IMG/VR virus record: IMGVR_UViG_3300035498_000956
Length of the DNA: 64,000 nucleotides
Direction: 5' to 3' (one strand)
Source of the DNA: a virus
Lineage: Duplodnaviria > Caudoviricetes
Every line of letters begins with the position of its first letter. Positions within the stretch are counted from its first letter, which is position 1. The notes beneath the pieces are model-generated. The model was not told the DNA's origin. It searched no databases and worked only from the letters and a program-made list of their open reading frames with translations. Position numbers and translations under genes: made by a program. Positions 30,402 to 40,870 of the stretch are shown here, piece after piece.

Positions 30402-30908
30402 ATGAAAAAGATTTATGTTGCTTTTGATGGTTGCCAATTCAATAGTGCTTATGAGTGTCTCGTTTATGAGGAAGCTCGTAATAAAAACATATCAGAGTCT
30501 TTCAAAAAGACTATTAGAGCATATGATACTAATGGCGAAGAACTAGAAATTCCTAGTCTTATAGGAATCCTTCCTACTGATTATGATAATCAAAACGCAT
30601 ATCAAGAGATAAAAGATACTTTTCCTGATGAAGCAGAAGAATGTTTTGCGTTTGCAGAAGAAATGACATATATTAGCTGTGGAGACGCAGGTAATCTACA
30701 AAAGTTCAAAGAACAGATGAAAGCTCTAGGCGTGTTAACTGGATTTGATATAGACCTACCAGTAGAACAAATCTTTTATTCTCACGGGGTTTTCTATTTT
30801 AATGAGGAGACTCAAAAATTTGAAGCCATTACAGAACAGCAATATAAAACAGCAAGAACTCTATCTGCTGTGTGTGACATGATTGATGAAGAGTTTCTCC
30901 CATTTTAG
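30402..30908 (+). CDS. Hypothetical protein (A.DG..F....EC..YE family, like 55508 and 58559)
   Basis: Shared N-terminal motif; own promoter. Confidence 0.65.
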   Translation: MKKIYVAFDGCQFNSAYECLVYEEARNKNISESFKKTIRAYDTNGEELEIPSLIGILPTDYDNQNAYQEIKDTFPDEAEECFAFAEEMTYISCGDAGNLQKFKEQMKALGVLTGFDIDLPVEQIFYSHGVFYFNEETQKFEAITEQQYKTARTLSAVCDMIDEEFLPF

Positions 30909-31007
30909 GGAGGAAGACAACTCAACTGAGTTGATTTCTTTCATAAATCATGATATAATAATTATAGAAAATCGGAAATCAAGTGTAAAGAATAAAGGAG
31001 AATGTTT

Positions 31008-31607
31008 ATGGAACTAAAGAAAAATATTACAAATGCAATCGAGTTCGTTGACGGTTTCGACCTTTCAGTCGAGGACAAGGAAAAGCTTATGTGTAAGCTG
31101 GTTACACTAGAATGTGTAAAGAGCAAGAACGAAGAGTTAAGGAATGAAATTAAAGAACTAAAACAGGGAGTCAAGAATTGTCAATCTCCTTATAAAAAAT
31201 CTAAAGAACACAAAAAAGTGGTCGATAGATATAATGAGATTGAATTTAGAATAGACTATCAGCACAACGGCATGACAGAAATCTATTCTGATTACGACCT
31301 ATGGAACTTTATCTACTATCTCTACGTTGATGCCGACGAGGTAATTGGTAGGTATCTAGATAAATATGCGTGGGACGAAATGAACGGAGCTGATGGTATT
31401 ATTAAGGAACTAAATGATAATCCACAGTTTATCTCTCAAATGAGATTGTCTATTGCAACAGCACTCTATAATGAAATTTTGGCAAGATGTGTATTAAATT
31501 ATCAGAGGGGCAATAGAGAGACTCGATTTGAATTAGATATATATTCCTCTACACCTAAGATTGAAAACAGAATTTACATAAAAATGTTAAATGATTTAGA
31601 AGACTAG
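31008..31607 (+). CDS. Hypothetical protein
   Basis: Own promoter and RBS. Confidence 0.65.
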   Translation: MELKKNITNAIEFVDGFDLSVEDKEKLMCKLVTLECVKSKNEELRNEIKELKQGVKNCQSPYKKSKEHKKVVDRYNEIEFRIDYQHNGMTEIYSDYDLWNFIYYLYVDADEVIGRYLDKYAWDEMNGADGIIKELNDNPQFISQMRLSIATALYNEILARCVLNYQRGNRETRFELDIYSSTPKIENRIYIKMLNDLED

Positions 31608-31646
31608 TAAAGAGCTGTAAAGAATCAGTAGAAAGGGGAGATTGAT

Positions 31647-32063
31647 ATGAAATCATTCACTTGTAGTTTAGTGTTATATTTCTATAATGAAGGTGAGTGT
31701 ATTTACACGTTTGACCATGAAGTGTGGTCTAATCAATTTCCTCTTAAGAATGCCTTTGAGGGCATAGCTGATTGTTTACAGCTCATTTCTGTTTCTGATG
31801 AGCTGGGATACCACTATGATTTGACCGTAAAACAAGTTAGATATTGTTACGATTTTCTTCAAAGATTTTATAGAGATTACTATAATAGTAGTAAAGCAAG
31901 AGCATTACTATCTCTCTTGAAAGACTATAATACGGACGCTTATTTCGCCCGCATAAGCACAGATAGTCGCATGGAGTGGGAATTGAATCATGAGTTTGCG
32001 TTAAAAGTATTAGAGTTTGATAATATAAAAATTCGTTATTTCTATGAGGAATATCCCTCTTGA
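31647..32063 (+). CDS. Hypothetical protein
   Basis: RBS GGGGAG. Confidence 0.6.
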   Translation: MKSFTCSLVLYFYNEGECIYTFDHEVWSNQFPLKNAFEGIADCLQLISVSDELGYHYDLTVKQVRYCYDFLQRFYRDYYNSSKARALLSLLKDYNTDAYFARISTDSRMEWELNHEFALKVLEFDNIKIRYFYEEYPS

Positions 32064-32137
32064 TTTTGTTCGCAGAGTGTGATATAATTATTACAGTAAA
32101 TGAGAAAAACAGAAACGAGTTTGAAAGGGGAGTGCAT

Positions 32138-32911
32138 ATGTTAAGAATGATTAGCGAGCAAGAGCAAGAGAGAGTTACAGCTATGGTTAAAATGATAGTT
32201 GGTGACGCTAAGAGAATATATAATCTCCGTGATGATTGTGACTACATAGTAATTTCCTCTGAAACAGAGGGGAATACTCTCTATTCAATTGACGACATTC
32301 AGGACTTGTTAATAGAGCAAATGAAAAAGCAGTTCGGCACAGCTCAAAATTATGAATGTAATATATCAGTTAGTAAAGGTCTTACTAAACTTGTAATTGT
32401 TGATTCTACAAGAGAATATGCAATCAAGATACCATTTACGGGGAGTGCATATGCAATAAATGAAGATTATACAGATTATAATTTCTATCCACTAAACTGT
32501 AATTATTGTAAAGAGGAGCAGGATATTTATAATAGTCTACCTGACAGTGTTAAGCCTATATTCGCAGAAACTAGATATCTATTATCAGTGAACGATTATA
32601 TCGAAGTATACATACAAGAGCAGGTAGAAGAAGCCTTTGACGAAAGCTGGAAAAATGACGGTAGTTTGACTATTGATGATTTACCAGAAAAAGAGAAAGC
32701 ACCAATGCAAAGCTTTAGAAAAAAGGGATATGTGTGGGATTTAGACCAGCAGTTTATCTATGATATTCTACTACGTTATGGCGAAATGACTGTTGAGGAG
32801 CTTATGGATACAATTTATGATGAGAATATTAATGATTTACACAACGGAAATTATGGATATACAAGAGACGAAGAGCCAAAGATATTTGATTACAGTGGAT
32901 GGAGAGACTAA
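32138..32911 (+). CDS. Minimal protein-kinase-like protein (paralog 2)
   Basis: GLTKLV..YAIKIP, YIQE, DLHNGNYG, IFDYSG. Confidence 0.8.
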   Translation: MLRMISEQEQERVTAMVKMIVGDAKRIYNLRDDCDYIVISSETEGNTLYSIDDIQDLLIEQMKKQFGTAQNYECNISVSKGLTKLVIVDSTREYAIKIPFTGSAYAINEDYTDYNFYPLNCNYCKEEQDIYNSLPDSVKPIFAETRYLLSVNDYIEVYIQEQVEEAFDESWKNDGSLTIDDLPEKEKAPMQSFRKKGYVWDLDQQFIYDILLRYGEMTVEELMDTIYDENINDLHNGNYGYTRDEEPKIFDYSGWRD

Positions 32912-33008
32912 AATAGAGGCGGTGACCTAGTTGCCTTAATGCCCAGCTTATGATATAATTATTATAGTAAATGAGAAAAGCAGAGACGAGTTTGAAAGGG
33001 GAATGCAT

Positions 33009-33782
33009 ATGTTAAGAGAGATTAACAAACAAGAGGTAGAGGAAATCAAAGCTATAGTACAGGTTGCAACACTCTACGGTAAAGCAGTCTATTCAACTGT
33101 CGAAGATAATGACTTAGCTATAATAGAATTTGAAGATGATATGATGGTATGCTATACAGTAGGCGAGCTACTCAATAAACTTAAATGGGACATTGCAACT
33201 AAACTGGGCGGAAGTAAAGAAGATTATATGGATAGATTCCACATTTATAAAGGAGCAACTAAGCTTGTCATAGATGATGTTGAGAGAGATTATGTGATAA
33301 AGATACCTCTAGAAGGCGAAGCATCTACAGATGATGATGGTATTTACTACCAATCTTTTAATTACGAGTATGACTACTGTGACATAGAAAAGAATATATA
33401 CGAAGACTTACCTTACTGCGTTAAGCCTCTATTTGCAGAGACTCAATTCCTCTGCACTCTTGATAATTCAATATCAATCTATATACAAGAAAAGGTTACT
33501 GAATCATTCTACGACAGCGAGCAGGGTAGTAGAGAGTTTATATATGGCGACCTACCAGAAAATGAAAAGGCTACAATGAGGAACTTTAACGAAAAAAGAT
33601 ATACATGGACACTTGAACCTCAATTCATTTACGATATATTATTACGCTATGGCGAAATGACTGTTGAAGAGCTAATGTACGTGATTGATTACTTCAGTAT
33701 TACTGATTTACACAGCAGAAACTATGGATATCAAAAGGACGGCAAGCCTAAAATATATGACTATAGTGGTTACGAGTTTTAA
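33009..33782 (+). CDS. Minimal protein-kinase-like protein (paralog 3)
   Basis: GATKLV..YVIKIP, YIQE, DLHSRNYG, IYDYSG. Confidence 0.8.
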   Translation: MLREINKQEVEEIKAIVQVATLYGKAVYSTVEDNDLAIIEFEDDMMVCYTVGELLNKLKWDIATKLGGSKEDYMDRFHIYKGATKLVIDDVERDYVIKIPLEGEASTDDDGIYYQSFNYEYDYCDIEKNIYEDLPYCVKPLFAETQFLCTLDNSISIYIQEKVTESFYDSEQGSREFIYGDLPENEKATMRNFNEKRYTWTLEPQFIYDILLRYGEMTVEELMYVIDYFSITDLHSRNYGYQKDGKPKIYDYSGYEF

Positions 33783-33796
33783 TGGAGGGATGTAAA

Positions 33797-34063
33797 ATGG
33801 AAAGAATTTATTACGTGATACGAGATAACGAGTTTATCCCATATACAGACCTATGGGATATAGCAAAGGAATGCATTACCGATGAGCGTATAGGTCAGTA
33901 CTATGGTACTGACAGCTTTTCGGCGGAGCAAAAGGAATACCATCTAGGTCAATGTCACACACATTTAAAAAGAGACAGCTTAAAATCAAGAGAAGGAACA
34001 ACATATTACGTTGATGACTCTTTAGGTCAGGATATTTTAATCTACTGGGTTTCACGCAATTGA
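33797..34063 (+). CDS. Hypothetical protein
   Basis: RBS GGAGG. Confidence 0.55.
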   Translation: MERIYYVIRDNEFIPYTDLWDIAKECITDERIGQYYGTDSFSAEQKEYHLGQCHTHLKRDSLKSREGTTYYVDDSLGQDILIYWVSRN

Positions 34064-34138
34064 TTTAATCAACAGACTATGATATAATAATTACAGTAAA
34101 TGAGAAAAGAAAAAGTGAGTTTTGAAAGGGGAATGTAT

Positions 34139-34879
34139 ATGATTAGAATTACTCAATTGGATTATAACAGAATTAATAATGTACTATCTCAAGTATATGA
34201 CGAAGACAGAGGTGGCATTTTTGATAATGAAGAAGGAGTCATTACATTAGCTTATTCATACTTAGATTATGTCGGCGAAATAACAAGTGGGTCATCAAAA
34301 TTAGTTTACTTTCCACCTGATACAAACTATGTTGTAAAGATTCCAATAACTGGAATAATAGAAGAGAATTACTATTCTGAGTCTGATACAATAGAGGTTG
34401 AAGAAGTAGTTTATGATGGATTTAGAACATCATCCTCTTGTGAAGACGAGATGTTCCTCTATAAGGAGGCTAAGGTTCTTGGCATTAGTGATTTCTTTCC
34501 AGAAATTGTAGAGATAGAAACAATTCTGAACGAGAAAGTCTATGCACAAGAGAAAGTAGAAGCATTTCTTTCTAGCGATTTAACAAAGACTGAATCGGTT
34601 CTACAAAAAACTGTAGATAGTAAAGCTAAATCATCACAATCGCAGGACATAAGAACGGCAGAGGAGCAATGGTTTGAAGATAATTATCTCGGCTATTTAG
34701 GTCAAGTGGCAGAGCAAGAAATTATTTTTAGATTAATTGAGCAATATGGAATAGACAAAGTTAAAAAACTCAATACATTCTGCAAGTTACATGATATTAA
34801 CGACATAAAGTATTATAACGTGGGCGTTAATTCAAAAGGTAAAATAGTAATCTTTGACTATAGTGGCTGGGGTAATTAA
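34139..34879 (+). CDS. Minimal protein-kinase-like protein (paralog 4)
   Basis: GSSKLV..YVVKIP, YAQE, DIKYYNVG, IFDYSG. Confidence 0.8.
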   Translation: MIRITQLDYNRINNVLSQVYDEDRGGIFDNEEGVITLAYSYLDYVGEITSGSSKLVYFPPDTNYVVKIPITGIIEENYYSESDTIEVEEVVYDGFRTSSSCEDEMFLYKEAKVLGISDFFPEIVEIETILNEKVYAQEKVEAFLSSDLTKTESVLQKTVDSKAKSSQSQDIRTAEEQWFEDNYLGYLGQVAEQEIIFRLIEQYGIDKVKKLNTFCKLHDINDIKYYNVGVNSKGKIVIFDYSGWGN

Positions 34880-34970
34880 TAACTCTAACTCAGTTGAAGA
34901 AAATTTCAGTCTATGATATAATAATCACAGTAAATGAGAAAAAAAGGTGAGTTTTGAAAGGGGAATGTAT

Positions 34971-35273
34971 ATGGTATACTATGTTGAAACTCAAGAGGAT
35001 GGATTCGTAGGTCTATGTAAAATTGATGAGTACAAAGAGTTCTTTAAGAACTACTACACTCGTGAGAGAGTTGAGAATTACCTACTGGCGAATGGTTATT
35101 CCGCCGTTGACCTTATTATGTTTAACAATGTAGACTATGAAATGCTAAGAGATAAGCTCGCTCAGATTGAGATTGAAAAGTACGAAAAGGTAAGAGAGAA
35201 TATTAGAAATGGCAGAGGATATGGCTCTAATTTCTATAGTGGCAATTTCCACTTTTTCTTTGACTATGACTAA
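34971..35273 (+). CDS. Hypothetical protein
   Basis: Own promoter and RBS. Confidence 0.6.
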   Translation: MVYYVETQEDGFVGLCKIDEYKEFFKNYYTRERVENYLLANGYSAVDLIMFNNVDYEMLRDKLAQIEIEKYEKVRENIRNGRGYGSNFYSGNFHFFFDYD

Positions 35274-35286
35274 GGAGGAATGTGTA

Positions 35287-35406
35287 ATGTTTGCAACTGT
35301 TACTGGTGTTATAGCTCTTGTCTTAGCAATCGCATTTTTGGTGATTGCTATTGCGGGCGGATGTGGAGAATTTCTTACAGAACAAGACAACAGAGAGGAG
35401 GAGTAA
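35287..35406 (+). CDS. Small single-pass membrane protein
   Basis: RBS AAGGAGG; hydrophobic N-terminus. Confidence 0.5.
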   Translation: MFATVTGVIALVLAIAFLVIAIAGGCGEFLTEQDNREEE

Positions 35407-35497
35407 ATAACTCAATTGAAAAAATCTCTAAGCTATGATATAATTATTATAGTAAATGAGAAAAGAAACTAAGACTTATTTTTAAGGAGAGTTGTTT

Positions 35498-36244
35498 ATG
35501 ATTAAGGTTACTCAATATGATTACAGTAAGATTAATGACGTATTATCTCAATTATATGATTATGAGAGAGAAGGAATTTTTGATTATGATGATGGAGACT
35601 TTGTCTCTTGTTGCAATTACGTTGATTATGCGGGCGGAGAGTTAGCCACTGGAGCTTCCAAAGTAGTCTATATGCCCCCTCAAGCAGATTTTGTTGTTAA
35701 AGTTCCTATCACTGGCTCAATTCAATCTGTATATGATGAGGATACAGACGAGTATTTAGAGGATGATGAAGAGATTTATGACGGCTTTAGAACATCTTCC
35801 TATTGTGAGGACGAAATGTTTCTCTATGAGGAAGCAAAGGTTCTAGGTATCAATGAGTTTTTTCCTGAGATAATGGAAATAGAGACAATTCTAGAAGAAA
35901 AAGTATTCGCACAAGAGAAAGTAACGCCTTTATATGCAGTAGTTGATTTAGACATCCTAAATTCTAAGATTAAAGACGAAATAGATAGTAAAGCAAAACT
36001 ACAATCAAAAGACGTTAGACAATCAGAGCTAAAATGGTTTGATGACAATATGCTTGGCTATCTAAGTCAAGTGACAAATAGAGAAATAATCTTTGCATTA
36101 ATAGAACAATATGGTATAGATAAGGTTAGAAAGCTCAACACACTTTGCAAACTCCACGGCATCAACGATATAGAAGACCGAAATGTTGGCGTTAATAAAA
36201 ACGGCAAAATTGTAATCTTTGACTATAGCGGTTGGAATTGTTAA
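35498..36244 (+). CDS. Minimal protein-kinase-like protein (paralog 5)
   Basis: GASKVV..FVVKVP, FAQE, DIEDRNVG, IFDYSG. Confidence 0.8.
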   Translation: MIKVTQYDYSKINDVLSQLYDYEREGIFDYDDGDFVSCCNYVDYAGGELATGASKVVYMPPQADFVVKVPITGSIQSVYDEDTDEYLEDDEEIYDGFRTSSYCEDEMFLYEEAKVLGINEFFPEIMEIETILEEKVFAQEKVTPLYAVVDLDILNSKIKDEIDSKAKLQSKDVRQSELKWFDDNMLGYLSQVTNREIIFALIEQYGIDKVRKLNTLCKLHGINDIEDRNVGVNKNGKIVIFDYSGWNC

Positions 36245-36336
36245 GCCGATTAACTTAGTTGAAAAAATCTTTAGGCTATGATATAATAATTATAGTAAAT
36301 GAGAAAAGCAAACAGACCTTTGAAAGGGGAATGTGT

Positions 36337-36459
36337 ATGTTAGAATATGGTTATTTTGGTATAGTTTATGATGATGAAGAATACTACGAGGGCGACAGCT
36401 ATTATTTCGCTGGTCGTGGTAGAACCGATAGCTATGAGGAGGAGTATGATGAAGCTTAA
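36337..36459 (+). CDS. Small acidic peptide
   Basis: Own promoter and RBS. Confidence 0.45.
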   Translation: MLEYGYFGIVYDDEEYYEGDSYYFAGRGRTDSYEEEYDEA

Positions 36460-36676
36460 AAAGATAAGAAAGTTGATACCATCCTATGCGAGAGACAGAA
36501 TTAGAGTAATCCAATATCAAAAGCACGAAGTAAAGGGGTTCTGGTTATCAAATGATAAGAAATTTTCTAAGTATAAGGATTATCAAATAGTTGAGATTAC
36601 GCCTTTTACTTCGGGCGATGGAGTTTCTTTAATCGGTGTAACAATTCAAAGCGATGAGATAGCTACTGTAGCGTAG
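36449..36676 (+). CDS. Small protein of the MK(I/L)K family
   Basis: MKLKKI...YKDYQIVEI, similar to 50500 and 62276. Confidence 0.55.
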   Translation: MKLKKIRKLIPSYARDRIRVIQYQKHEVKGFWLSNDKKFSKYKDYQIVEITPFTSGDGVSLIGVTIQSDEIATVA

Positions 36677-37025
36677 CGGAAAGAAGGTTTATATGTTAAA
36701 AACTGTTTATGTTGTAACTAAAGGTAAAATGGCTGGCACAAAGGGTACAATTCAATACTGTACTCAATCAAGAGAGAAGGTAATATTTCACCCATTGAAA
36801 AATAGTCTCTCTACAATCGTGCTTGATAGAACAGCTGTAAAAGGAACGAGGAAGAGAGCTTAGGCTCTCTTTTTCTTTTGCCCGAAAAAACTAGGTTGAT
36901 GATTCGTAGTTTCGCCGTGAAATAAAGTCGCTTGAATAACTGAGTTGAAATACTCCTCAAGCTATGATATAATTATTATAGTAAATGAGAGAAACAAAGG
37001 TTAATTTGAAAGGGGAACTGTAAGT

Positions 37026-37817
37026 ATGAGAAAGTTTACAAAAATGGAAATAGAGAAAATCAGTGACATGGTTGAATTAATAATGGGCGAGGGCATAAAC
37101 TTTGTTGATACAGAGATACTATCCGTTATAAAGTTTAATGAGAATGATTATGATGACTACGAATCCTATACTCTAGCATATCTAGCAGAACTAATCCAAG
37201 ATGAGTTTGATATAGATGTTACTATTGATATGGGAGCTACAAAGCTAGTAATAATGGAAAAAGGGCAAGACTATGTAATTAAAGTCCCACTAGAAGGAAT
37301 CATTGAAGCAAGATTTGATGAGGACGCAGAGGAAGAGGGCGACTTTGGTAATATGTATTACTATTGTATAGATGATGCAGAACATTTCAGTGTTGACTAT
37401 TGTCAGATTGAAGCAGAGAACTATAAGAAAATGCCTGAAAGCGTAAAGAAAATATTATGTGAGAGTGTTGAACTCGGTCAACTAAGCAATGGTACAGCAT
37501 TTTACGTACAAGAAAGAATTGACCATACTTTTCCTAGTGATAATTGCATGAGGGACATCCGCCGTTTTTCAGAAGAACAAAGGGATAAAGCCTATAGCTT
37601 AATCTCTAGTATTAAAGAGAAAGAGAATTTTAATTACCAGTATGAACTAAGAACTGTTCTTGTTAATGAATTAATCCTAGCCTATGGAGAAGCTACTACA
37701 TACGAACTCTATCAAGCTTTAATAGACCTACAAATCAATGATATTCATCTCGGTAATCTTGGTTTTGACGAAGAGGGAGCTTTAAAAATATTCGACTATT
37801 CAGGCTTCTTCCGTTAA
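37026..37817 (+). CDS. Minimal protein-kinase-like protein (paralog 6)
   Basis: GATKLV..YVIKVP, YVQE, DIHLGNLG, IFDYSG. Confidence 0.8.
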   Translation: MRKFTKMEIEKISDMVELIMGEGINFVDTEILSVIKFNENDYDDYESYTLAYLAELIQDEFDIDVTIDMGATKLVIMEKGQDYVIKVPLEGIIEARFDEDAEEEGDFGNMYYYCIDDAEHFSVDYCQIEAENYKKMPESVKKILCESVELGQLSNGTAFYVQERIDHTFPSDNCMRDIRRFSEEQRDKAYSLISSIKEKENFNYQYELRTVLVNELILAYGEATTYELYQALIDLQINDIHLGNLGFDEEGALKIFDYSGFFR

Positions 37818-37904
37818 CTCAATTGCTTTTGACCGCAGTTTATGATATAATTATTATAGTAAATGAGAAAAGCAGAGATAAAAATTGAAAGGGGAACTGT
37901 AAGT

Positions 37905-38684
37905 ATGAGAGAGTTTACAAACAGCGAATTAAAGAAAATTGAAAGCATTGTTGAGTTCATTGTCGGCGGAGCTGAAAAGCTTTTAGGCGATAGGGATGAC
38001 GACATAATACTTAGATATACGAAAGGAGAAGGATTTGATGATTTCTTTGAGTTTTATGATTTAGAGGAATTAATTCAAGAAGAATTAGGTCTTGATGTTA
38101 TTATTAGTGCTGGGGCAACTAAAATTGTAGCAATAGAAAGAAAACAGAATTACGTAATTAAAATTCCTATGGACGGCTCTATTGTTGCTCAAGTTGATAT
38201 TACTACAAATGATAACTATACTACTTACACATCTACATATAAAGAAAAAGATATCAAGTACTATGATTGCGACTATTGTCAAATTGAAGCAGATAACTAT
38301 TCTGCAATGCCCGACAATCTAAAAAAATTATTCTTTGAAACTATTAAACTGGGCGAGCTAGAAAACGGAATCTCATACTACGTTCAAGAGAGAATGGCTG
38401 AAGCTTATGACTTTAGCTTTGGAGAGGGACATATCTCATATCTAACAAAAAATAAGCTTAACGACCTACTTACTACAATCAAAAGCAATGGTATCTATAA
38501 CAAAAACTATATGCTTAATTTCGGTATAATCAATGCTCTACTCTATCTATATGACGAAGCTACTGTCTATCAACTATATCAAGCTTTAATGGATTTAAAA
38601 ATCAACGATATCCACTTTGCAAATCTCGGCTATGATATAAATGGCGACTTAAAAATATTCGATTATTCAGGATACCACAATTAA
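37905..38684 (+). CDS. Minimal protein-kinase-like protein (paralog 7)
   Basis: GATKIV..YVIKIP, YVQE, DIHFANLG, IFDYSG. Confidence 0.8.
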   Translation: MREFTNSELKKIESIVEFIVGGAEKLLGDRDDDIILRYTKGEGFDDFFEFYDLEELIQEELGLDVIISAGATKIVAIERKQNYVIKIPMDGSIVAQVDITTNDNYTTYTSTYKEKDIKYYDCDYCQIEADNYSAMPDNLKKLFFETIKLGELENGISYYVQERMAEAYDFSFGEGHISYLTKNKLNDLLTTIKSNGIYNKNYMLNFGIINALLYLYDEATVYQLYQALMDLKINDIHFANLGYDINGDLKIFDYSGYHN

Positions 38685-38770
38685 TCGAATTGCTTTTTTC
38701 GATAGCCTATGCTATAATTATTATAGTAAATGAGAGAAAGAAACCGAGAGTTAAAAGAAAGTAGGTACAT

Positions 38771-40189
38771 ATGGGTAATTTAGATTATAAAATAGCGTCC
38801 GCATTTCCAAAGGCATCTTTAAAGAAAAGTAAGAGTAGCTCTGCTATTCTTTCTTTCCTAGAGCTACCAAGCGAGGTTAAAGACTGGTTGCTAATGAAGT
38901 TCACTGACGGCAATAACAGACTAGACGCTTATGGTTTGTCAACCTACATAGAAGAAATGCGTCTCGCCGTTGAAGAGTTCAACATTAAAATGCTAGAAGC
39001 ACGCCATTCTAAGAGGGGAACTATTACACTTCTAACTAAGATTAAAATTGAATTTGACTATGCAAAAGATTTAATCCTATTCGAGCTACCAGAATATGGT
39101 TTTCCTCAAAAGAAGGGAACGGCATTAGCAGACTGGTCAACAGTAAGCGACCACAAGAAATATCTTCTTACTCCTGATGGAGCATTCGGCGAGGTAACCC
39201 TTTGCTATGATTGTGGCACTATTAATCTACAAAGCTTTAAGCCACTTTGTCCTTATACTTTTGATTTAAAAGAATATGCCGAGGGACGTAAGCAATTCAC
39301 TACTGAAGAATGGATTGATGTAATACTTGCATCAATGGGGTATAATCCTGATGGTTATACAAATGAAACAGAAAAGCTTACTATGATACAGAGATTTTTG
39401 CCAATGGTTGAGAAAAGGGTTAACCTAGTAGACCTCGGCGGAAAAGGTACTAGTAAGAGCTATTGTTATTCTCAAACATCCGCCCACGGCTGGTTAACAT
39501 CTGGTAGTGGTGCAACAAGAGCAAAAATGTTTTATGATATTACAAGGAGAAAGGTTGGTTATTTTGGTATAAACGATTTTGTTGCTTTGGATGAAGTACA
39601 AAGTTTACGTCCTAAGGATGGAGCTGAGCTTAGCGGTATTTTGAAAGCTTATCTTGAGAATGGACAAATAAGAGTCGGTGATTTTATGGGTAACGGCGAT
39701 GCTGGTTGTATCCTATTAGGTAATATACCTGAAGCAAAAATGGATACAAACAAGAATATGTTCGCCACGCTACCCAACATTTGGAAGGAGAGTGCATTAG
39801 TAGATAGATTTCACGGCATAATCCGTTCATGGAATATTCCTCGTGTTCATGAGGGATTGAAAATGGAGGGTACTGCTCTATCAACAGACTACATAACAGA
39901 AATATTCCACCAATTGAGAGACAAATTCTATTTCCGTGCATTTGTTGACGACATGATTAAAATTGAAGGACGTGCAGATACACGTAATACTGAAGCAGTA
40001 AAACGTCTAGCAACAGCATTTCTCAAACTACTATTCCCTCACGTTACATCAGTAGACGAAATCGATAAGGACGAATTTAAAAAGTATTGTCTTGACCCAG
40101 CATATCAAATGAGAGAAGACGTTCTAAAACAACTACGTTTGCTTGATAGCGAGTACGAGGATAAACTAATGCCAAACATTAGTCTATAA
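38771..40189 (+). CDS. BrxL-like AAA+ ATPase without the Lon protease domain
   Basis: FTTEEWID..L.S.GY.P, R.LP.VE...NL..LG.KGT.KS, VALDEV, ALVDRFHG. Confidence 0.8.
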   Translation: MGNLDYKIASAFPKASLKKSKSSSAILSFLELPSEVKDWLLMKFTDGNNRLDAYGLSTYIEEMRLAVEEFNIKMLEARHSKRGTITLLTKIKIEFDYAKDLILFELPEYGFPQKKGTALADWSTVSDHKKYLLTPDGAFGEVTLCYDCGTINLQSFKPLCPYTFDLKEYAEGRKQFTTEEWIDVILASMGYNPDGYTNETEKLTMIQRFLPMVEKRVNLVDLGGKGTSKSYCYSQTSAHGWLTSGSGATRAKMFYDITRRKVGYFGINDFVALDEVQSLRPKDGAELSGILKAYLENGQIRVGDFMGNGDAGCILLGNIPEAKMDTNKNMFATLPNIWKESALVDRFHGIIRSWNIPRVHEGLKMEGTALSTDYITEIFHQLRDKFYFRAFVDDMIKIEGRADTRNTEAVKRLATAFLKLLFPHVTSVDEIDKDEFKKYCLDPAYQMREDVLKQLRLLDSEYEDKLMPNISL

Positions 40190-40202
40190 AGGAGGAGATA
40201 TA

Positions 40203-40559
40203 ATGGAAAATCAAACTCATTATTTCTATGACGAAGACGGTAGACCTACTACCCCATATCAAGTCTATTTCTACTATAATGATGGGCGACAACCAGTAAT
40301 GGTTGAGGCTTCAAATCTAAGAAACGCTCTAGCAAAGGCAATGTCCTCTATTGATTTCCAAAACAATATTGACAAGCAATGGAACGGCACATCAATTGAG
40401 CCTAATTTCAAACAAGAACTCTACTATCGAAACCTAATTCAAGAGATTATGTCGGCGGAGCAAGTAGACCAAGAGTGTAGGGCGAATAAGACTCCTCTCT
40501 TATACAAAATGAATATGCCCAATTCAATACAAATCGAAATCTATAGAGAGAACGATTAA
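40203..40559 (+). CDS. Hypothetical protein
   Basis: RBS AGGAGG. Confidence 0.6.
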   Translation: MENQTHYFYDEDGRPTTPYQVYFYYNDGRQPVMVEASNLRNALAKAMSSIDFQNNIDKQWNGTSIEPNFKQELYYRNLIQEIMSAEQVDQECRANKTPLLYKMNMPNSIQIEIYREND

Positions 40560-40655
40560 ACTTAATTGAAAAAAATTCTCCCCTATGCTATAATTATTAT
40601 AGTAAATGAGAGAGATAAACCTAGAGATTAAGCCCACTGTGGCGGAGGAAATAAC

Positions 40656-40859
40656 ATGGTTGTTAATGAAAAGTTTATTGAAAATGGAAAAGTTGAAATC
40701 AGAGACTTTATACTACTTTGTATGGATGCCGATAAAATGGATGAGGACGGCTTTATCTGTTCTCAATGTGGAGATACAGTGACTGCTGTTGATTTCCCTT
40801 ATCTTGAAGTCAATAGCAAAAACGAAGCAATCTGTCCAATCTGCGGGCAAGTAATATAG
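40656..40859 (+). CDS. Zinc-ribbon protein
   Basis: CSQC...CPIC; own promoter. Confidence 0.65.
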   Translation: MVVNEKFIENGKVEIRDFILLCMDADKMDEDGFICSQCGDTVTAVDFPYLEVNSKNEAICPICGQVI

Positions 40860-40870
40860 GAGGGGTGTTA

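Noticed and set aside
38771-40189. Complete BREX defence system
   Set aside because: No brxA/B/C, pglX or pglZ in the window
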